Source of the DNA: Paracoccaceae bacterium
GTDB lineage: Bacteria > Pseudomonadota > Alphaproteobacteria > Rhodobacterales > Rhodobacteraceae
Reading direction: 5' to 3'
Length of the DNA stretch: 64,000 bases
Assembly (NCBI GenBank): GCA_902633655.1
Contig: CACPHA010000001.1
Coordinates: 1,263-65,262, forward strand
Part shown: in pieces, positions 18,307 to 28,484 of the stretch
Layout: the number at the start of each line of letters is the position of its first letter
How positions within the stretch are numbered: the first letter of the stretch is position 1
Notes under the pieces: generated by a model
Databases searched by the model: none
What the model was told of the DNA's origin: nothing
The model's input: only the letters and a program-made list of their open reading frames with translations
Made by a program: the position numbers and the translations under genes

Positions 18307-20142
18307 ATGCCCCAAATATCGGAAAATCTGCCACGTATTCGTCAATTGGACGAGGCTGCAGTGAATCGAATTGCCGCCGGAGAAGTAGTCGAACGCCCCT
18401 CGTCAGCTGTGAAAGAACTAGTCGAAAATGCGCTTGATGCAGGAGCAACCAAAGTCCGAATAGACATCACAGATGGCGGTAAAACACTGATCCGCGTAAT
18501 CGATGATGGTCGTGGAATGGACCCCGACGACCTGCCGATGGCACTCTGCCGCCACGCAACCTCCAAGATTGATGGTTCTGATCTATTGAATATCCAAAGT
18601 TTTGGATTTCGTGGCGAAGCCCTTCCCTCCTTAGGTGCAGTGGGTCGCTTGAGTATCACTAGCCGCGCTAATGGATTTGATGCCTATGAAATCACTGTTT
18701 CAGGCGGCAATATTTCAATTCTCAAGCCTGCTGTACTAATATCGGGCACCCAGGTCGAATTGCGAGATCTGTTCTATGCAATACCCGCAAGGCTCAAATT
18801 CATGAGGACGGATCGGGCAGAAACGCAGAGTATTTCGGAAGTAATAAAACGCTTGGCGATGGCCTGTCCAACCGTTGGGTTTGAATTAAATGATATATCT
18901 ACCGGAAAAGTGCGATGCGTTTTCAAAGTTCTCGCTGAAAAAGATGACGTGTCTGGTGTCATGCATCGGCGGATATCCCAGATTTTAGGTCGGGAGTTCT
19001 CTGAAAACGCTGTTTCCATCACCACGGAGCGCGAAGAGTTTTTCTTAAGTGGATTTGCTGCTTTACCAACGTTTTCGCGAGGTGCTGCAGTCATGCAATA
19101 TCTTTTTGTAAATGGAAGGCCGGTACGCGACAAAATGCTGAATAGCGCCCTAAGAGCCGCCTACAGCGACTTTCTAATCAAAGGCCGACACCCAGCTGCG
19201 GCGTTATTCATCACATGTGATCCATCCTTGGTGGATGTCAATGTTCATCCGGCTAAGTCCGAAGTAAGATTTCGCCAACCCGGCATTCTGCGAGGTCTTA
19301 TAATCTCTGCCCTACGCCACAGATTGGCGGAGGCAGGACATAAGGCCTCATCAACAGTTTCTGACTCATTACTTGGAGCAGCAACACCTAGAGAACCATC
19401 GGCTACCCACACCTATCAAATCAACAAGGAAGGGAATGTTAAGGGAGCAGTTCCCTATCAAACAGGTACACCTCGATTTGCCGAAACTCAGGCCCTTTTT
19501 GCGCGTATTGACTATGCGCAAGAAGATGACACGGTGGCATTTAATGAAAACCGCGCTGAGCAGTTCCCTTTGGGAGCCCCACGAGGTCAAGTACATGAAA
19601 ATTATATTATTTCTCAAACTTTGGACGGGTTAGTCATTGTCGATCAACATGCTGCACATGAACGAATTCTATATGAAAACCTAAAGTCCCAGATTCAGCG
19701 GAATGGTGTAACCTCGCAAGCTTTGCTAATCCCTGAAATTCTAGACTTATCTCCAGATGACTTTAACCGTATTATGAGTGCAAGGGATACCCTCGAAAAT
19801 CTTGGCTTAACAATCGAAAGTTTTGGAATTGGATCGGTAGCGGTACGCAGTGTTCCCGCTATCCTTGGAGAACCAGATGTTAAAGCTCTAGTGATCGACG
19901 TGCTTGACGAGTTGAACGATCAAGATGAAACGCAGGCTCTTCAAGACAAAATAGAATCTGTCCTAAGCCGCATCTCCTGCCATGGATCAGTTCGCTCAGG
20001 TCGGCGTTTGAAAAATGAAGAGATGAATGCGCTATTGAGGGAAATGGAAACAACGCCGCATTCAGGTCAATGTAATCATGGCCGCCCCACTTATGTGGAA
20101 CTTAAGCTTGCCGATATAGAAAGATTGTTTGGCAGACGATGA
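18307..20142 (+). CDS. mutL: DNA mismatch repair protein MutL
   Basis: IRQLDEAAVNRIAAGEVVERPSSAVKELVENALDAG (GHKL ATPase N-terminus) and a C-terminal CNHGRPT motif. ATG 18307 is preferred over the track start. Confidence 0.95.
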   Translation: MPQISENLPRIRQLDEAAVNRIAAGEVVERPSSAVKELVENALDAGATKVRIDITDGGKTLIRVIDDGRGMDPDDLPMALCRHATSKIDGSDLLNIQSFGFRGEALPSLGAVGRLSITSRANGFDAYEITVSGGNISILKPAVLISGTQVELRDLFYAIPARLKFMRTDRAETQSISEVIKRLAMACPTVGFELNDISTGKVRCVFKVLAEKDDVSGVMHRRISQILGREFSENAVSITTEREEFFLSGFAALPTFSRGAAVMQYLFVNGRPVRDKMLNSALRAAYSDFLIKGRHPAAALFITCDPSLVDVNVHPAKSEVRFRQPGILRGLIISALRHRLAEAGHKASSTVSDSLLGAATPREPSATHTYQINKEGNVKGAVPYQTGTPRFAETQALFARIDYAQEDDTVAFNENRAEQFPLGAPRGQVHENYIISQTLDGLVIVDQHAAHERILYENLKSQIQRNGVTSQALLIPEILDLSPDDFNRIMSARDTLENLGLTIESFGIGSVAVRSVPAILGEPDVKALVIDVLDELNDQDETQALQDKIESVLSRISCHGSVRSGRRLKNEEMNALLREMETTPHSGQCNHGRPTYVELKLADIERLFGRR

Positions 20143-21287
20143 CCATTGCTATTGATTTTAGTAACATAACTATCCAGATTGGCTTGCTTGTAACCTGCCT
20201 TTTTATTCTTTTTTTATGGCTGGCCTTTAGAGCGACAAATAGGTCTTTAAAACTAGTGGCCCCGCTCGCAGACCAAATCAATGCTCTTGGTCAACGAGTA
20301 CATGAGCTGGGAGCTGGACAAGAGCGGCTAACAGGTGGTCTGCATCATATAGGTGATTCACAAACCAAATCGCAAAATGGCATGATGCAACTAGTAGAAA
20401 AACGTCTCGCTGAAGTTCAGGAACAGATGACAGAAAACCTTCAGGGGTCTGCCCGTCGCACGGCGCATTCCCTTGGTGAGTTACAGCAACGGCTAACCTC
20501 GATTGACAAAGCCCAAGATAATATCACCAAGCTGTCTGGTGATGTTTTAAGCCTGCAAGACATCCTAGCAAATAAACAAACCCGAGGGGCGTTTGGTGAA
20601 ATACAGCTTAATGACATAGTAACTAAAGCTCTACCAAGCGATAGCTACACTCTACAGGCTACACTGTCGACTGGTAGGCGAGCGGATTGTCTGATACACC
20701 TCCCAAATCCGCCAGGACCCATTGCTATAGATAGTAAGTTTCCGCTTGAGGCCTATGAAGCAATCCGGAAAGCAAAAACTGAACGCGATTTGAGTGAATC
20801 GGCAAGACTGCTTCGTCAGTCAGTTAAAAAGCATATCAGAGATATTTCTGATAAATATATTATTGAAGGTGAAACTGCCGATGGCGCCTTGATGTTTCTA
20901 CCTTCTGAGGCAGTTTATGCCGAATTGCACGCAAATTTTTCTGAACTTGTACGCGAAGGATTTTCGGCGCGTGTCTGGATTGTGTCGCCAACGACCTGTA
21001 TGGCGACACTCAATACAATGCGCGCGATTTTAAAAGACGCCCGTATGCGCGAACAGGCAGGCGCAATTCGAAATGAGCTTAGTTTATTATATCAAGACGT
21101 TGATCGGCTTGGGAGCCGGGTAGAAAATCTTGACCGACATTTTGGACAGGCTTCAAAAGATATTTCGGAGATCAAAATCAGCGCGGATAAAGCAGGAAGG
21201 AGAGCACGGCGTTTAGATGCCTTTGACTTTGAAGAACTTGCCGAAGAGAAACCATCAGAAAATCCTGCCATTGGAGATAATCTTTGA
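20139..21287 (+). CDS. rmuC: DNA recombination protein RmuC
   Basis: N-terminal TM segment, a coiled-coil region, and an RmuC nuclease-like C-terminus (CLIHLPNP...IAIDSKFPLEAY). ATGA overlap with mutL. Confidence 0.85.
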   Translation: MTIAIDFSNITIQIGLLVTCLFILFLWLAFRATNRSLKLVAPLADQINALGQRVHELGAGQERLTGGLHHIGDSQTKSQNGMMQLVEKRLAEVQEQMTENLQGSARRTAHSLGELQQRLTSIDKAQDNITKLSGDVLSLQDILANKQTRGAFGEIQLNDIVTKALPSDSYTLQATLSTGRRADCLIHLPNPPGPIAIDSKFPLEAYEAIRKAKTERDLSESARLLRQSVKKHIRDISDKYIIEGETADGALMFLPSEAVYAELHANFSELVREGFSARVWIVSPTTCMATLNTMRAILKDARMREQAGAIRNELSLLYQDVDRLGSRVENLDRHFGQASKDISEIKISADKAGRRARRLDAFDFEELAEEKPSENPAIGDNL

Positions 21288-21507
21288 TATCAGAACTTAT
21301 TTTGTACTTTTGCGCATTAGAGGCTCGCAGTTTTAATACTATGTCCGTACGATGCGTACAAATTCATGAAATAGTTGTTGCATGTTCGCCAATTCTGCAT
21401 CGCACGAGTAACAGAAGCTTACAAAAACACAATGGGATGCTTCACCTCTGGAAAACCAAAGCTTATAGGATAAGAGTAAACAGATTACGTTGGCGGGATG
21501 ATGCTAC

Positions 21508-22317
21508 ATGGCTCATATAATTATTATTGGAAATGAAAAAGGCGGAGCCGGCAAGTCTACTGTAACAATGCACATTGCAACAGCGCTTTCCCGCATGGAC
21601 CATAATGTGGGGGCTGTTGACCTAGACTTACGACAACAGACATTTGGCCGATATTGCATTAACCGGAGGAACCACATAAACGAAATTGGCGTTGATCTAA
21701 AAAGTCCAAAATTTTATCTGCTTCCTGAAGTAGATAAGGCCACAGTTCCAGAAGGTGAAAATGTATTTGACCACCGTCTATCTGCAGTCATTTCAGAAAT
21801 GGAGCAGTCCTGTGACTTTATTCTCATTGATTGCCCTGGTTCGCATACGCGATTAAGCCAAGTTGCGCATTCACTGGCCGATACATTGATCACCCCTCTC
21901 AATGACAGTTTTGTTGATTTTGATCTTTTGGCCCGAATCGCGCCCGATGGCGAAAGCATAGAGGGGCCATCTGTTTACTCCGAAATGGTCTGGCACGCTC
22001 GTCAGTTGCGGGCACAAGCTAGTTTAAAACCTTTTGACTGGATCGTATTGCGTAATCGCCTGGGTGCTCAACAAATGGTAAATAAGCAAAAAATGGAACG
22101 GGCCCTTAAGAAGCTGTCCAAACGTATTGGTTTTCGCATTGCGCCAGGCTTTAGTGAAAGGGTTATTTTTAGAGAACTTTTCCCACGTGGACTAACGTTA
22201 TTAGATTTGAAAGACATTGGTGTGAAACAGCTTAATATTTCAAATATTGCTGCTCGACAGGAATTGCGGGATCTCATGAAAACATTGGAACTTCCAAATG
22301 TGACAATCGAGTTTTAG
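21508..22317 (+). CDS. mipZ: ParA-like division-site positioning ATPase MipZ
   Basis: IIIGNEKGGAGKSTVTMHIATAL...VDLDLRQQT matches the deviant Walker A and the MipZ-specific DLDLRQ motif. Confidence 0.85.
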   Translation: MAHIIIIGNEKGGAGKSTVTMHIATALSRMDHNVGAVDLDLRQQTFGRYCINRRNHINEIGVDLKSPKFYLLPEVDKATVPEGENVFDHRLSAVISEMEQSCDFILIDCPGSHTRLSQVAHSLADTLITPLNDSFVDFDLLARIAPDGESIEGPSVYSEMVWHARQLRAQASLKPFDWIVLRNRLGAQQMVNKQKMERALKKLSKRIGFRIAPGFSERVIFRELFPRGLTLLDLKDIGVKQLNISNIAARQELRDLMKTLELPNVTIEF

Positions 22318-22754
22318 GCAGTCTTTAAAGTAAGAACTTTGAGTAACCGCTTTAGTGTACTTGCATCCACCGCAGACAGATGTGCAACTAAAACAGCATC
22401 ATATTCTTTAGCAGCCTGTCTAAGATCGGTATAAACAGCTTTTCCCTTTACGGTTAATTCTAGCCATTCCTTACGCCTATCTAGATTGTCCTGAACACGG
22501 GTCAGATACCCTTTTTCCTGCATTTTTTGTACTGCACGACTAATCTTAGTCTTATGCATTTTAGCCATAAAGCCTATATCTTTTGCTGTCATACATTTAT
22601 AGACGCCGAGGTGAAAGAGAACACGCCATTCTGCTCTCAACATACCATAGCGATTTTTGTAAATACGTTGGAAGGCAAGGCTACTTTCCTCACCAGCCTG
22701 GTTAAGCAGATAGGGAATAAACTCCCTAATGTCGAATTCTGCATCAGTATCCAT
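22314..22754 (-). CDS. MarR family transcriptional regulator, divergent from hmgA
   Basis: 146 aa with a winged-helix core (MTAKDIGFMAKMHKTKISRAVQKMQEKGYL). Confidence 0.85.
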   Translation of the reverse strand: MDTDAEFDIREFIPYLLNQAGEESSLAFQRIYKNRYGMLRAEWRVLFHLGVYKCMTAKDIGFMAKMHKTKISRAVQKMQEKGYLTRVQDNLDRRKEWLELTVKGKAVYTDLRQAAKEYDAVLVAHLSAVDASTLKRLLKVLTLKTA

Positions 22755-22777
22755 AAAAGACTATTAGGTCTTGTTAG

Positions 22778-22807
22778 TTACAAATGCAACTGTTATAAAT
22801 GCAACTA
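22778..22807 (+). repeat. Tandem 15-nt direct repeat (TTACAAATGCAACTG / TTATAAATGCAACTA) just upstream of the hmgA RBS; candidate operator
   Basis: The two contiguous units are identical at 13 of 15 positions. The first unit is part of an imperfect palindrome AGTTACAAATGCAACT. AGGAGG follows at 22813..22818. Confidence 0.4.
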
Positions 22808-22822
22808 ATACCAGGAGGTGTT

Positions 22823-24187
22823 ATGATGAATAAACAATCGGTTACACATAATTTCAAGCAAGCATCACGAGAGACCGGAACTACACCCGGGTATATGCCA
22901 GGATTTGGTAATGATTTTGAAACTGAGACCTTGCCTGGAGCTTTGCCGCAAGGAATGAATAGCCCACAAAAATGTAATTATGGTCTTTATGGTGAGCAGT
23001 TATCCGGCACCGCTTTTACCGCCCCGAGTCACCACAACGAGCGTACCTGGTGCTACCGCATCAGACCATCGGTCAAACATTCACACCGGTATAAAAAGAT
23101 TGATCTACCCTTTTGGCAGAGCGCGCCGAATATAATATCCAACGTAATATCCCTTGGCCAGTACAGATGGGACCCAGTTCCACATTCAAGCGAACCGTTA
23201 GACTGGCTGACAGGTATGCGCACCATGACCACAGCAGGGGACGTAAATACGCAGATAGGCATGGCGAGCCACATATACCTTGTAACCGACACAATGTTAG
23301 ATACATATTTTTACTCCGCTGACAGTGAATTTCTAATAGTACCCCAAGAAGGGAAGCTTCGCTTTTTTACAGAGCTCGGCATCATTGATCTTGAACCGCA
23401 GGAAATCGCTGTAATACCACGTGGACTTCTTTACAAAGTGGAAGTTATGAAAGGACCAGCGCGAGGTTTTGTTTGCGAGAACTACGGTCAAAAATTTAGC
23501 CTACCTTCTAGAGGACCTATCGGGGCAAATTGTCTTGCCAATAGACGTGACTTCAAAATACCTGTGGCCGCTTTTGAAGACAGAGAAGCACCATCGCGAG
23601 TAATAATCAAATGGTGTGGACAATTCCATGAAACAAAAATCGGACATTCTCCACTGGATGTCGTGGCGTGGCATGGTAACTACGCACCCTGCAAGTACAA
23701 TCTAAACGATTATTGTCCTGTTGGTGCGACACTCTTTGATCACCCAGATCCTTCTATTTATACTGTCTTGACCGCGCCTTCAGGGCTTGAAGGTACGGCC
23801 AATATTGACTTTGTACTATTCCGCGACCGATGGAATGTAGCTGAAAACACTTTTCGGCCTCCGTGGTACCACAAAAATATTATGTCGGAATTGATGGGTA
23901 ACATTTATGGTCAGTATGACGCAAAGCCGACTGGTTTTATTCCCGGTGGTATGAGCCTTCACAATATGATGTTACCACACGGACCCGATAAAGAAGCTTT
24001 TGAAAAAGCATCAAATGAAGACTTAGAGCCACAAAAACTAAATAAAACGATGTCTTTTATGTTTGAAACCAGGTTTCCGCAGCATCTAACAGAGTTTGCT
24101 GCTAAAGATGCGCCCCTTCAAGATGAGTACGTTGACTGCTGGTCGGATATTGAAAAAAAATTCGATGGGAGCCCTGGGAAGAAATAA
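22823..24187 (+). CDS. hmgA: Homogentisate 1,2-dioxygenase
   Basis: [46 protein letters not shown] is the conserved HmgA N-terminus. ATG 22823 follows AGGAGG. Confidence 0.95.
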   Translation: MMNKQSVTHNFKQASRETGTTPGYMPGFGNDFETETLPGALPQGMNSPQKCNYGLYGEQLSGTAFTAPSHHNERTWCYRIRPSVKHSHRYKKIDLPFWQSAPNIISNVISLGQYRWDPVPHSSEPLDWLTGMRTMTTAGDVNTQIGMASHIYLVTDTMLDTYFYSADSEFLIVPQEGKLRFFTELGIIDLEPQEIAVIPRGLLYKVEVMKGPARGFVCENYGQKFSLPSRGPIGANCLANRRDFKIPVAAFEDREAPSRVIIKWCGQFHETKIGHSPLDVVAWHGNYAPCKYNLNDYCPVGATLFDHPDPSIYTVLTAPSGLEGTANIDFVLFRDRWNVAENTFRPPWYHKNIMSELMGNIYGQYDAKPTGFIPGGMSLHNMMLPHGPDKEAFEKASNEDLEPQKLNKTMSFMFETRFPQHLTEFAAKDAPLQDEYVDCWSDIEKKFDGSPGKK

Positions 24188-24251
24188 TCTTTTTTGATAA
24201 TCTTACCGCCGGGGATCTCCGAAAACAGTCCGGTAAAATGAAAGGCCTCTT

Positions 24252-25508
24252 ATGACATTGCTTAAAAGCTGGGTATGCTCAGCCAATTCCTCTGATACAG
24301 ACTTTCCACTCAACAATCTGCCCTATGGTGTTTTTTCCACACAAGAAACTGAGCCACGTTGTGGCGTAGCAATTGGAAACATGATTTTTGATTGCCAGGC
24401 AGCGGAGGAAGCTGGTTTCATAAACTTTGATGAAGGCCCTATTTTTGATGTCCCCTATTGGAATGAAGTTATGGAACTCGGGCCCGATGCCTGGGCAAAG
24501 CTACGAACTAGGCTGGTGAGCCTACTCACTGAAGGGGTCGTTGAGCAAGATACATTGTCTAAAATGCTGACACCAATGTCTAGTGCAGAACTTCACCTAC
24601 CCCTCATTGTTGCCGAATACACAGATTTTTACGCCGGGAGAAATCATGCCACTAATGTTGGAACAATGTTTCGCGGAGCCGAAAATGCACTTCCGCCTAA
24701 TTGGTTACATATCCCAATCGGCTATAATGGGCGTGCCTCGTCTGTTGTAGTTTCAGGCACAGATATTAGGCGACCCTGGGGTCAATTAAAATCTGTGCAT
24801 GACAAAAAGCCCCATTTCGCGCCCTGCCAGCGCTTTGACTTTGAGCTTGAAATAGGTGCCATTGTTGGAACTTCTAGCGATGGACCTGTGAGCGTATGTG
24901 AGGCAGATGATATGATTTTTGGCTATGTAATCCTAAACGATTGGTCTGCGCGTGACATTCAGGCTTGGGAATACCAACCACTCGGTCCATTTCAGGCTAA
25001 AGCAACTGCCACCACAATCAGCCCATGGATCGTAACCAAAGCAGCACTTGAACCATTTCGATGCGATGCCCCAGAACGGGAATTTGAGCTTCTGCCTCAC
25101 CTAAAAGATAAAGGCCCGATGTTGTATAGTATTGATCTGGTTGTATCCCTAACCGCTAACGGACAACCGCCACAGAGTATAGTGAAAACAAATTACCGCG
25201 AAATGTATTATTCAAGCGCACAGCAACTAGCCCATCATAGTAGCGCTGGTTGTCCCATGAATTCCGGTGATTTGCTGGGTTCAGGTACAATTTCTGGAAA
25301 TTCACGCGGGGAATGTGGCAGTATGCTAGAACTGAGCTGGGGCGGGAAAGAGCCACTGGAAATAGATACCGGAGTAACTCGTAGTTTCCTAGAAGATGGA
25401 GATGGAATTGAAATGACAGGCTTCTCCCAAGGGAATGGTTATAAAATCGGTTTTGGGTCGTGCTTTGGCACTGTAATCAAAGCACTCAGAGATCCGTACG
25501 CAAGATGA
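24252..25508 (+). CDS. fahA: Fumarylacetoacetase
   Basis: 418 aa with FPLNNLPYGVF, IGYNGRASSVVVSG and VILNDWSARDIQAWEY motifs. Confidence 0.9.
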   Translation: MTLLKSWVCSANSSDTDFPLNNLPYGVFSTQETEPRCGVAIGNMIFDCQAAEEAGFINFDEGPIFDVPYWNEVMELGPDAWAKLRTRLVSLLTEGVVEQDTLSKMLTPMSSAELHLPLIVAEYTDFYAGRNHATNVGTMFRGAENALPPNWLHIPIGYNGRASSVVVSGTDIRRPWGQLKSVHDKKPHFAPCQRFDFELEIGAIVGTSSDGPVSVCEADDMIFGYVILNDWSARDIQAWEYQPLGPFQAKATATTISPWIVTKAALEPFRCDAPEREFELLPHLKDKGPMLYSIDLVVSLTANGQPPQSIVKTNYREMYYSSAQQLAHHSSAGCPMNSGDLLGSGTISGNSRGECGSMLELSWGGKEPLEIDTGVTRSFLEDGDGIEMTGFSQGNGYKIGFGSCFGTVIKALRDPYAR

Positions 25509-25727
25509 AAGTCTGCCATCTTCAAGTTCTACCCCATGAAGACAAAGAACTATTTTGTTGCAGTTTGTGGTTGCTTACCTTGGATTTACGTAAAAGGATA
25601 CCTGCAAACTTGTATTTAACTTGAAAAATCGGGGTTTTAAATAAGTTGGAAGAAATCAATCTTGTAAAGGATAGATTTTTACAGAAAGTTCTGATGGAAA
25701 TATGATCAATTTTTGGGGAGATATCTA

Positions 25728-26678
25728 ATGGCGAAAGCATTTGCATCGCAAGGCGATATGACGGAAAAGAAAATAAGTTTTAGCGAGATTGGAACTGGAC
25801 TTTACGCCTTTACTGCCGAGGGCGATCCAAATAGCGGAATAATCATAGGAGACGATAGTGTTATGATTATCGAAGCGCAGGCAACTCCGCGTCTTGCGAA
25901 AAAGGTAATCGATTGCGTCCGTTCAATAACCGATAAGCCTATAAGTCACTTAGTGTTGACCCACTATCATGCTGTACGTGTTCTTGGAGCCTCTGCCTTT
26001 AAAGCAAATCAGGTAATTATGTCAGATATGGCTCGTGCAATGGTTGTAGAACGCGGTCAACAGGATTGGGATAGCGAGTTTCAACGCTTTCCAAGACTTT
26101 TTGAAGGATATGAAAGCATACCCGGACTGACTTGGCCCTCAACTACATTTAAGAACAAAATGACTATCTATCTTGGCAATCGCCGGGTCGACCTTATGCA
26201 TTTGGGACGCGCTCATACAGCAGGCGACATTGTAATCAATGTGCCGGATGAAAACGTTATGTTTACGGGTGATATCGTAGAATATCGCTCCGCCTGTTAC
26301 TGTGGTGATGGACATTTTGCCGATTGGGGAGAAACCTTAGATGCCATCCGGAGTTTTAAGCCCGATGCCATTGCGCCTGGTCGGGGAGAAGCACTTATTG
26401 GCGAAGCGCTTGTAGAAGAGGCCATTGAACTTACTTATGACTTCATAGAAAGCACTTATCATCCTGCTGCCAAGGTCGCCGCTCGAAATGGAACATTGAA
26501 AGAGGCCTGGGATGCTGTTCGCACTGAATGTGATTGCAAATTTAAAGACTATGCAATTTACGAACACTGCCTACCTTTTAATGTATCGCGAGCCTATGAC
26601 GAGGCTCGCGGCATCGATTCCCCGCGAATTTGGACAGCAGAACGAGATCTTGAAATGTGGGAGGCGCTGCAGGCGTGA
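25728..26678 (+). CDS. MBL-fold protein with a non-canonical metal motif
   Basis: Beta-lactamase-fold pattern (IIIGDDSVMIIEAQ..., GRAHTAGD, FTGD). The canonical HxHxDH motif reads THYHAVR (25959..25979). Confidence 0.7.
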   Translation: MAKAFASQGDMTEKKISFSEIGTGLYAFTAEGDPNSGIIIGDDSVMIIEAQATPRLAKKVIDCVRSITDKPISHLVLTHYHAVRVLGASAFKANQVIMSDMARAMVVERGQQDWDSEFQRFPRLFEGYESIPGLTWPSTTFKNKMTIYLGNRRVDLMHLGRAHTAGDIVINVPDENVMFTGDIVEYRSACYCGDGHFADWGETLDAIRSFKPDAIAPGRGEALIGEALVEEAIELTYDFIESTYHPAAKVAARNGTLKEAWDAVRTECDCKFKDYAIYEHCLPFNVSRAYDEARGIDSPRIWTAERDLEMWEALQA

Positions 26679-28285
26679 ACAAGATTTTTGAGAGATCACT
26701 TTATCCCTATATCAGACATCCAGATCAGGATAAATCAGAGGCAACCCACCATACAATCGCCATTATTGGCGCCGGGCCAGTTGGCCTCGCAGCGGCTATT
26801 GATCTTACCCTGAGGGGCATACCCGTTGTTATTATTGATGACAATGATAAAGTCAGTTTTGGAAGTCGCGCCATCTGCTTTGCTAAGCGTACATTGGAAA
26901 TATGTGATCGTCTTGGAATAGGGGACCAACTTGTCGATAAAGGCATACAATGGAACCTAGGTAAGGTCTTTTTTAATCAGCGCAAAGTTTACGAATTCAA
27001 TTTGCTGGCTGAAGAGGGACATCAGCGCCCAGCCTTTATAAATCTCCAACAGTATTATGTAGAAGTCTACCTCTTCGAGCGACTTACTACTTTAAAAAAT
27101 AAAGGTGGTCCAGTTGACATCCGTGGAAAAACACGGGTTAACAAGATTCATCAAAATGGTAAAAAAGTACATCTAAGCCTCCAAACACCGGAAGGATCTT
27201 ATCAGATTTCAGCGGACTGGGTTATTGCCTGTGACGGTGCTAACAGCCCATCTCGCCAGATGTTGGGACAAGACTTCATAGGTCGAGTTTTTGAAGATAA
27301 TTTCCTGATTGCTGATGTCACAATGGAAGCTGACTTCCCAACAGAGCGTTGGTTTTGGTTCGATCCGCCATTCAACAAAGGCCAGTCTGCGCTCTTGCAT
27401 AAACAACCCGAAAACGTTTGGCGAGTTGATCTTCAACTGGGTCGGGATGTTGATAGGGAGGAAGAGAGGAAGCCGGAAAACGTTATTCCACGGCTTAAGG
27501 CTATGCTGGGAGAAGATATAATCTTCGAACTTGAATGGGTAAGTATCTACACCTTCCAATGCCGCCGGATGGAGCGATTTTTACACAACCGGGTTATATT
27601 TGCCGGTGACAGCGCCCATCAAGTATCACCTTTCGGCGCGCGCGGAGCCAATTCGGGAATCCAAGATGTGGACAACCTGTGTTGGAAACTGGCAGAAATT
27701 GTCAATGGTAATGCCCCAGAATTTTTTTTGGAAAGCTATAATACCGAGCGGGTGTACGCAGCAGATGAAAACATTATCAATTCAACGCGCTCAACAGATT
27801 TCATAACACCTAAATCGGATGTCAGTCGCCTGTTCCGAGATGCAGTCCTGGAGCTTTCAGCAGACCATGCATTCGCGCGACCACTCGTAAATTCAGGCCG
27901 CCTGTCCGTTCCATCATTTTACCCGGCAAGCACATATTTTTCTTATGATGTAGAAGTCCTACCTTCAATCTCCCGGCCTGGTGCAGCATGTCCAGATGCA
28001 ATTTTCGATAATGGATCATTTTTACTAAAGAACCTTGGGTTTGATTTCACGATATTGGCGATCAATGTGGAAGAATTTTTTAAAACACTTGAAACCGGCC
28101 CTTCGATAAAATTTCTAAGTATTAAAGTGACAGGTAATCAAAATAAATCGGTCAAAGATCGGTTTCTTGGAGATCAATCCAGCGCCATTTACTTGATCAG
28201 GCCCGATCAACATATCGCAGGCCGATGGTTAAAATTTGATCGCCAAGTAATCACAAAAGCTATTGATGCAGCCTTAGGCCGATAG
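26675..28285 (+). CDS. FAD-dependent aromatic-ring monooxygenase (PHBH fold with C-terminal extension; MhpA/phenol-hydroxylase-like)
   Basis: IAIIGAGPVGLAAA, ACDGANSPSR and GDSAHQVSPFGARGANSGIQD motifs. GTG 26675 gives a GTGA overlap with the MBL gene stop. Confidence 0.85.
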   Translation: MNKIFERSLYPYIRHPDQDKSEATHHTIAIIGAGPVGLAAAIDLTLRGIPVVIIDDNDKVSFGSRAICFAKRTLEICDRLGIGDQLVDKGIQWNLGKVFFNQRKVYEFNLLAEEGHQRPAFINLQQYYVEVYLFERLTTLKNKGGPVDIRGKTRVNKIHQNGKKVHLSLQTPEGSYQISADWVIACDGANSPSRQMLGQDFIGRVFEDNFLIADVTMEADFPTERWFWFDPPFNKGQSALLHKQPENVWRVDLQLGRDVDREEERKPENVIPRLKAMLGEDIIFELEWVSIYTFQCRRMERFLHNRVIFAGDSAHQVSPFGARGANSGIQDVDNLCWKLAEIVNGNAPEFFLESYNTERVYAADENIINSTRSTDFITPKSDVSRLFRDAVLELSADHAFARPLVNSGRLSVPSFYPASTYFSYDVEVLPSISRPGAACPDAIFDNGSFLLKNLGFDFTILAINVEEFFKTLETGPSIKFLSIKVTGNQNKSVKDRFLGDQSSAIYLIRPDQHIAGRWLKFDRQVITKAIDAALGR

Positions 28286-28287
28286 GT

Positions 28288-28473
28288 ATGAGCGATCTCA
28301 ATCTAACCCCAAACTTCACCAATGCAGACGACTTTTACGAATATTTACTAAATGCACACGAAGGTCTATCAAAATCTGACAGTGACGCGCTGAACGCACG
28401 TCTGATCATTTTACTCGCCAACCATATTGGGGATCTGGACGCATTGAAGCAAGCCGTTGATCTCGCAAAGTAG
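28288..28473 (+). CDS. Small conserved protein (61 aa; possibly DUF2783 / small coupling subunit of the preceding monooxygenase)
   Basis: Starts 2 nt after the monooxygenase stop and has a helical, acidic sequence. The DUF2783 assignment is from memory only. Confidence 0.5.
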   Translation: MSDLNLTPNFTNADDFYEYLLNAHEGLSKSDSDALNARLIILLANHIGDLDALKQAVDLAK

Positions 28474-28484
28474 AGGGGTTCAAA

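Noticed and set aside
21284-21520. 78-aa ORF filling the rmuC-mipZ intergenic region
   Set aside because: It has no Shine-Dalgarno, an odd composition and no recognisable motif, and it overlaps the mipZ start. It is more likely the mipZ promoter region.
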